DNA from: Candidatus Poribacteria bacterium
GTDB lineage: Bacteria > Poribacteria > WGA-4E > WGA-3G
DNA: 64,000 nt
NCBI GenBank assembly: GCA_026710795.1
Contig: JAPOQK010000080.1
Span: 465-64,464, forward strand
Direction of reading: 5' to 3'
The notes beneath the pieces are model-generated. The model was given only the letters and a program-made list of their open reading frames with translations. It was not told the origin of the DNA and searched no databases. Made by a program: the position numbers and the translations under genes. This document shows positions 58,241 through 64,000 of the stretch, one piece after another (within the stretch, counting starts at the first letter, position 1; each line of letters begins with the position of its first letter).

Positions 58241-58290
58241 TCTATATGACACGTCGGACAAATTACACTAATCAAATCCCATAGTGACTG

Positions 58291-59598
58291 ATGAAAAACT
58301 GCATTTTGGAAGAACAATTTACGCTTTTTCCTATAGATACTCAGTCTGAAGTCTCAGAAGAGATAACAACATCTGACGAGACAGAATTAGTCTCCTTCCG
58401 GGAGTTAGTTCCAGAAATAACTGACACAGGATACCTGACCCATGCCATCGTATCCTATCCCGCAAAATTTATCCCACAAGTCGTCAGATATGCAATCAAC
58501 ACATACACAAAAGAGAATGATTGGATAGTTGATCCATTCGCTGGTTCGGGTACTGTAGGCGTTGAAGCTTTTCTATGCAAGCGTAACGCCGTTCTCTTTG
58601 ATCTCAATTTATTATTAAATCACATCATGCCGCTCAAGGTGTATCGCGGCAAAGAACGGTTGAATAAAGGTCAGTTGTGTAAATTGTTAGATGGCATGCA
58701 GGAGAATAAAACACACCGTTTCAATCCTTCCTGGTCCAATATTGAATATTGGTATGCACCTGAAATCTTAACACTGCTTTCGCATTATTGGGGTTTCATC
58801 TACAGTGTAGAGCCTGATGTCTATACAGGTATAATCAAATCTGCCCTTTTGAAGGTTAGCAAACGTTTCTCAAACACCGAACACAGAACACCAAAGTTGG
58901 CGAGATCCAAGCGAAAATTAGCAGCAATTGAAGAACTGCTAAATGACAATTGGAGAGAGCAACTTGTTGATATAATCTACACACATTCCTTCAAAACGTT
59001 AAATCGTATCAACGACTTTATAACACTCACACAACAACATAATAATCAGATTGATTTTCATGGCGGTGTTGATTCCTCTTATATTGAAATACAACGTGAA
59101 TGTGATGCATTAATCACATCGCCTCCCTATCTCCAAGCACAAGAATATATCCGATCCACAAAGATGGATCTCTATTGGTTAGGACACACCGATGAAGAAA
59201 TACAAGCACTATCACGTCTTGAAATCCCCTATCGGAAAGCAGACCGTATAATACAAACTAAAACACTGGATGAGGTCAGGGACAAACTCACACGTTCAGA
59301 CCTGTGCAAACGACTTGACTCCTATTTTTGTCATACAATAAATGCTCTTGAAAATACAATGAACCGATTGAAACCAGATGCCGCCGCATGTATTTTTGTG
59401 GGTAATCCACGCATTGATGGAATCACCGTTGAATTGTGGAGAATCTTAGTGGAATATTTTACAGAACGCGGTTACCAATTTGAAAAAGTATATGAAGACA
59501 GGATAAAAACACGACAACTGTTTGGAGTACGCAAAAATAAAAACCCCGATGGCATGAAGTCAGAATATTTGCTTATATTGAGAAAGATGACTGTTTAA
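58291..59598 (+). CDS. putative DNA (N6-adenine or N4-cytosine) methyltransferase, alpha-type motif order
   Basis: 435 aa; motif I DPFAGSGTVGVEAFLCKRNAVLFDLN near residue 82 and motif IV ITSPPY near residue 270. No adjacent restriction gene. Confidence 0.5.
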   Translation: MKNCILEEQFTLFPIDTQSEVSEEITTSDETELVSFRELVPEITDTGYLTHAIVSYPAKFIPQVVRYAINTYTKENDWIVDPFAGSGTVGVEAFLCKRNAVLFDLNLLLNHIMPLKVYRGKERLNKGQLCKLLDGMQENKTHRFNPSWSNIEYWYAPEILTLLSHYWGFIYSVEPDVYTGIIKSALLKVSKRFSNTEHRTPKLARSKRKLAAIEELLNDNWREQLVDIIYTHSFKTLNRINDFITLTQQHNNQIDFHGGVDSSYIEIQRECDALITSPPYLQAQEYIRSTKMDLYWLGHTDEEIQALSRLEIPYRKADRIIQTKTLDEVRDKLTRSDLCKRLDSYFCHTINALENTMNRLKPDAAACIFVGNPRIDGITVELWRILVEYFTERGYQFEKVYEDRIKTRQLFGVRKNKNPDGMKSEYLLILRKMTV

Positions 59599-59636
59599 TA
59601 GCATTCCGACTTGCTATTTCAAAGGATGCATAAACG

Positions 59637-61991
59637 ATGAGATACATAATTGGCATTCTCATATTTATATTATCGTTGTTTACGATGGACGGATATGCAC
59701 AAGAGTATACAACATGGGGTCTACCCGACGGTGCAAAAGCACGTTTTGGTAAAGGTGAAATCACTACAATAGCATTCTCACCAGACGGGTCTGTACTTGC
59801 AGTAGCAAGTTCTGTGGGAATATGGATTTATGATGCACAGACCAGTAAAGAACTCGCGCTTCTACCTGTACATAAAGATAAGGACACAACGATATTAAAC
59901 TATGGTATTGCTGGAAACGCCACAGTAAATTCGTTGGTATTTTCTCCTGATAGCAAACTGTTGGCAATTGCAGGTTGGGATGGTACAATAAGACTGTTTG
60001 ATCTTACAAATTATAGCGAACGTTACACTCTCTACAAGAACAAGAAAACGCGTCCAAGAGGTTTAGCAGAGAAACCCGCTATATCGTTAGCATTTTCCGA
60101 AGATGGAAAAACGCTTACGAGTTTAGAGAAAACTGATTTACATAGTATGAAAGTGTGGGATGTTAACTCTGGCAAATTGCTGTCGGATATGTCAGGACGT
60201 ATTACAGATGATATTCCGACAGAAAAGGATCTAATCCACTCATCTAAACAGGGTAATCCTACACCTCAGTTGGAAAGTAAACAGGATAATCCCCTTTTGG
60301 CATTTGCAATTTCACCTGATGGAATAACCTACGCTGCCAGAAGGTTAAAAATAACCGATGTTAATAAAATACGTGAAACCGAAATTGCATTTGGTAATGT
60401 TCATACGGGAGAATTAGAACCTCCCTTAATTAAGATTCGGGCAATGCCTTCAAATATGGTTACAAATCAGTCAACGGATTCGCTACTTCCGTTTAGAGAG
60501 ATAATATTCTCTCCCGATGGAACAATACTGGCTGGTGTTGAAATTAATAATAGCAGAGAGCGGAAAAACTTTAAAAGAATAAGATACACAAAGATACGAT
60601 TTTGGTATGTGAGTACTGGCAGGGAAATTTCTACCGTTATACCACAAGAAAGTGAAGTCAACCCTTATTTTCCTATTCTTGTATTTTCACCTGATAGCAG
60701 AACTTTTATCACTTTTGATAGAGGAACACCAATCCAACTATGGGATGTCAGCACAGGTAATTTAATCTCAACAATCACGATTCCTGTGCCTAAACTTGCT
60801 GACCCTTGGTCTATTGGTAAAATAATAAAGTTAACATTACACAGGATTGGTGTTGTAAGGGATAGTGCTCCCGAAAAAATTGCTAATATTTCAACATTAG
60901 CGTTTCACCCGGACGGAAAAACAATCGCTATAGCAACAGATGGCAATGAAAATGGAGGAAACTGTTCACTTCAATTATGGAATGTTGCTAATGGTAAGTT
61001 AAGATCAACTTTTACAGAACATCCAAAGCTATTTTCCATTGCTACAAATGCGACCAATTTTCTCTATCTGAAGGGAAGGGATAACCTTGAATTGCGAGAA
61101 ACTAACACTGGGAAAATGTTGCAAGACATAACACCGATTTGGTTACAAATACGCAAAAAAATGTCTGATATGGAGAGTCGTGCGGTTTCATCGGTAAACT
61201 CACTATTCGCAATTGGGGGCAGGGATGGTCTGATTGAGTTGTGGAACGGCAAAACAACAAAACGTATGCTAACATTCAAAGGGCACACAGGAAAGATCAA
61301 GGCATTGGCATTTTCAACAGATGAATCCGTCCTTGCAAGCGGAAGCGATGATATGAGCATTCGACTGTGGAATACTCGTTCCGGTAATCAACTCCTTAAA
61401 CTTACTGACCATGTTAAGTCTGGCAAAAAACAGAATTTTTCAAATGCACCTACACTCAAAAGTGCAGAATTAGTGAACAACTTGGTATTATCCACTGATG
61501 GCAAATACCTTGCTGCATCAAGTGAAATTGGGACAGTCTGGCTGTGGGAACTCAGTACACCTACTTTATTAACAACAATCACCTCCCATGAGGAAACAGC
61601 TGATGTGCTTATGACAGGAACGGGTTTATCCAAAATAGGTATGGCATTCTCACCTGATAACAAACTCTTTGCAAGCGGAGGAATGAATGGAGAAATATTG
61701 TTATCGGATGTTAGTCCTAATCCTGTTTCTTTACCGCTTAGAAAGCATTCTTTGTCAGTAAATACATTCGCGTTTTCTCCTGATAGCAAACTACTTGCAA
61801 GTGGCAGCAGGGATACTACTATCCGACTCTGGAATACAGAAACAGGATTAGAAATCACAACGCTTAGTGAACATAATGGTGAAATCCTATCTTTAGGTTT
61901 CTCGTCGGATGGAAAAACACTTGTTAGCGGAAGTACTGATGGTACAATTCTCTTATGGGATAGAGATAAAATAGTTGCTTTGGATAAGTAA
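59637..61991 (+). CDS. secreted WD40 / beta-propeller repeat protein
   Basis: 784 aa; signal peptide. C-terminal canonical WD40s (LAFSTDESVLASGSDDMSIRLWN; FAFSPDSKLLASGSRDTTIRLWN; GFSSDGKTLVSGSTDGTILLWD); N-terminal part more divergent. Confidence 0.8.
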   Translation: MRYIIGILIFILSLFTMDGYAQEYTTWGLPDGAKARFGKGEITTIAFSPDGSVLAVASSVGIWIYDAQTSKELALLPVHKDKDTTILNYGIAGNATVNSLVFSPDSKLLAIAGWDGTIRLFDLTNYSERYTLYKNKKTRPRGLAEKPAISLAFSEDGKTLTSLEKTDLHSMKVWDVNSGKLLSDMSGRITDDIPTEKDLIHSSKQGNPTPQLESKQDNPLLAFAISPDGITYAARRLKITDVNKIRETEIAFGNVHTGELEPPLIKIRAMPSNMVTNQSTDSLLPFREIIFSPDGTILAGVEINNSRERKNFKRIRYTKIRFWYVSTGREISTVIPQESEVNPYFPILVFSPDSRTFITFDRGTPIQLWDVSTGNLISTITIPVPKLADPWSIGKIIKLTLHRIGVVRDSAPEKIANISTLAFHPDGKTIAIATDGNENGGNCSLQLWNVANGKLRSTFTEHPKLFSIATNATNFLYLKGRDNLELRETNTGKMLQDITPIWLQIRKKMSDMESRAVSSVNSLFAIGGRDGLIELWNGKTTKRMLTFKGHTGKIKALAFSTDESVLASGSDDMSIRLWNTRSGNQLLKLTDHVKSGKKQNFSNAPTLKSAELVNNLVLSTDGKYLAASSEIGTVWLWELSTPTLLTTITSHEETADVLMTGTGLSKIGMAFSPDNKLFASGGMNGEILLSDVSPNPVSLPLRKHSLSVNTFAFSPDSKLLASGSRDTTIRLWNTETGLEITTLSEHNGEILSLGFSSDGKTLVSGSTDGTILLWDRDKIVALDK

Positions 61992-62026
61992 TATGAGTGT
62001 ATTCCATCCACAACAGTATCGTTGTA

Positions 62027-62065
62027 TCGCAGGTCGGAGTGAGCGTGCGAAGTCCGACATCTGAC
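62027..62065. repeat. degenerate REP-like element downstream of the WD40 gene
   Basis: gcaggtcggagtgagcgtgcgaagtccgac. Confidence 0.4.
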
Positions 62066-62325
62066 ATTCTGTATGATCGTCCTGCAGTTTGGTGATTTCT
62101 TATCCTGTAAATCCTATAATCCCGGGAATGCCAAAAGGCATTCATACCCGGGGAACGCCAACAGGCGTTCATACCGTTGATTTCTTGATTTGGTAAATCT
62201 TGGTTCAGACAATTCACGGTCCACCCTCCTCACCCATTTTTCATTGACACCATTTCCCTTTATGTTATAAAATAAAACAAAAATCGTAGCGGCGGTACCA
62301 TCATACCCGCCAGCAAGGAGATGAA

Positions 62326-64000
62326 ATGAAATCACAACAAACCTTCAGGCAAATAGCAACAGCACTGCTTCTGCTCCTTTTTGTCCTACCCCTATCTGCT
62401 GAGGAACATCCCGAAGAAGCACCACCCCCTCTCAAAAAATACGTTGAGTTCTCACTCAGCGGCACCTATTCCGACACAAAAGAAATGAGTTTATTTGGCA
62501 CGACTTCAACAAAAACATTGCGAGGGCTTTTCAAGAAATTGGACGCACTCAAAAATGACGATGAAGTCGCTGGCATCATCTTCAAAATTGGAAGCATCGG
62601 TATAGGATGGGCAAACTTACAAGAAATTAGAGAGAAATTAGATGAAATACAAGATACCGATAAAGAAATGATTGCATATCTTGAGGGTGGTAGCAACGCG
62701 CAATATCTCCTTGCTGCTGCTATGGACAGAATCGTTCTAATGCCCGCAGGAACACTCAATCTCATCGGTTTACGTTCCGAAATATTCTTCTTTAAAGGAC
62801 TTTTGGAAAAATTGGATATTGAAGCAGATATGCTCTCAGTTGGTAAATTCAAATCTGGCGTTGAACCGCTTACACGCGATAGTATGTCCGATGCTTTCCG
62901 TGAATCTATGACCGAATTGCTTGACGATCTGTATAACCAAATGCTGAATAAGATCGCTGACGGTAGAAACGGAATTACACCAGAACTCGCAGCAAAGTTG
63001 ATTGATAACGGTCCCTTCACAGCGAAAGAAGCACAGGAATTAAATCTCGTTGATGAATTGAAATACTACGATGAACTGCTGGATGCAATCAATGCTGAAA
63101 ATGAGGGAGAGGCAGAAGTTGCTCCAAAAGACAGCGAAAAGAAACGAAAAATGCCTAACATGAATAGTTTCACTGGAATGATGCAGCTGTTCAACATGTT
63201 GAACCCTCAACAACGTGCAGCACGCAAACTTGCAGATAAGCAGATCGCACTCATCTATGCAAGCGGTCCGATCTTACCCGATATCAATTCCCCTTTCCCT
63301 ACAATGTCTATGATTACACCGAAGGGATTAAAGGAAGCATTTAAGAAAGCACGCACCGACGATGCTGTTAAAGCAGTAGTGTTCCGCGTTGATAGTCCGG
63401 GGGGTTCCGCACTCGCATCCGACCTAATATGGCGAGAAGTCATGCTCACACAACGCAAAAAACCTGTTGTCGTTTCTATGGCTAATTTGGCTGCTTCTGG
63501 CGGTTATTACATATCAATGGCAGCAGGAACAATCGTCGCACAACCCGGTACACTTACTGGTTCAATCGGTGTCTACGGTGGCAAACTCAATATGAAAGGT
63601 CTCTATAACAAAATCGGTTTGACAAAAGAGATCATCACACACGGACAAAACGCAACAATCTACTCTGATTACGGTAACTTTTCACCGACAGAGCGAGAAC
63701 GCATTGAAAAAATGATGAAAACTATCTATGACGAATTTGTCAACAAGGCAGCTGCCGGCAGAAAAACAACCTATGACGAAATTCATGCAGTCGCGCAAGG
63801 AAGGGTCTGGACAGGAAAACAGGCAAAGGAACTCGGACTCGTCGATGAAATCGGTGGACTTGAAACTGCACTAACAATCGCAAAAAAACAGGGTGAAATC
63901 GCAGATGATGACAAATACGACATCATCGTACTGCCAGAACAGAAACCCTTTCTTGAACAATTCTTAGAAAGCATGCTTGAAGTAGAGATGGATATTTCAG
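62326..64000 (+). CDS. sppA: signal peptide peptidase SppA (67K two-domain type), partial, continues past window end
   Basis: Manual translation from ATG 62326: MKSQQTFRQIATALLLLLFVLPLSA... ClpP/crotonase-fold motifs (GGSNAQYLLAAAMDRIVLMPAG ... ANLAASGGYYISMAAGTIVAQPGTLTGSIGV). Absent from ORF track because no stop lies in the window. Confidence 0.8.
   Translation, partial: MKSQQTFRQIATALLLLLFVLPLSAEEHPEEAPPPLKKYVEFSLSGTYSDTKEMSLFGTTSTKTLRGLFKKLDALKNDDEVAGIIFKIGSIGIGWANLQEIREKLDEIQDTDKEMIAYLEGGSNAQYLLAAAMDRIVLMPAGTLNLIGLRSEIFFFKGLLEKLDIEADMLSVGKFKSGVEPLTRDSMSDAFRESMTELLDDLYNQMLNKIADGRNGITPELAAKLIDNGPFTAKEAQELNLVDELKYYDELLDAINAENEGEAEVAPKDSEKKRKMPNMNSFTGMMQLFNMLNPQQRAARKLADKQIALIYASGPILPDINSPFPTMSMITPKGLKEAFKKARTDDAVKAVVFRVDSPGGSALASDLIWREVMLTQRKKPVVVSMANLAASGGYYISMAAGTIVAQPGTLTGSIGVYGGKLNMKGLYNKIGLTKEIITHGQNATIYSDYGNFSPTERERIEKMMKTIYDEFVNKAAAGRKTTYDEIHAVAQGRVWTGKQAKELGLVDEIGGLETALTIAKKQGEIADDDKYDIIVLPEQKPFLEQFLESMLEVEMDIS

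Noticed and set aside
55816-59598. HNH endonuclease plus DNA MTase as a type II restriction-modification pair
   Set aside because: They are 2 kb apart, on opposite strands, and separated by the Rieske and cytochrome b genes; each is treated as a separate solitary gene.

Overview
The window holds about 51 protein-coding genes (two partial at the edges) and one tRNA-Leu(CAG). The overall signature is PVC-superphylum-like, possibly a symbiont or candidate-phylum lineage: a PSD1 giant protein plus two Tat-signal DUF1501 partners, and many eukaryote-like repeat proteins (WD40, LRR, TPR, LamG). Housekeeping blocks are ilvB-ilvN-(DMT)-ilvC, the minus-strand mnmE-jag-...-yidC-yidD-rnpA string, murB, a Rieske/cytochrome b pair, sppA and ogt. 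Accessory content includes three phytanoyl-CoA-dioxygenase paralogs (two in tandem, one beside an SCP2 gene), two Gfo/Idh/MocA oxidoreductases, a standalone HNH endonuclease and an alpha-order DNA methyltransferase.

The most interesting region is a low-GC islet at roughly 25.6-28.25 kb. On its left are two MITE-like inverted-repeat pairs and a 42-bp near-perfect palindrome. On its right is an 800-bp CA-rich, G-depleted block built from two tandem ~200-bp units; each unit has a REP-like palindrome and a hairpin whose stem co-varies between the units. Inside the islet sit a ThsB-like TIR (DUF1863-type) gene and a small 3-TM membrane protein gene, a candidate minimal Thoeris-like defence pair that has not been described.

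Other notable items: two paralogous pentapeptide-repeat proteins fused to a K+-channel pore (TTLGFGD filter) flanking an oxidoreductase; an acidic 17-aa tandem-repeat linker inside the PSD1 protein; two LRR genes inserted between PSD1 and its DUF1501 partners; a consensus sigma70 promoter plus long leader ending in a terminator-like hairpin ahead of ilvB; a conserved 18-aa C-terminal tag shared by two unrelated secreted proteins; and a dispersed REP-like palindrome family.

Everything here comes from reading the sequence and the ORF track; no database searches were run.
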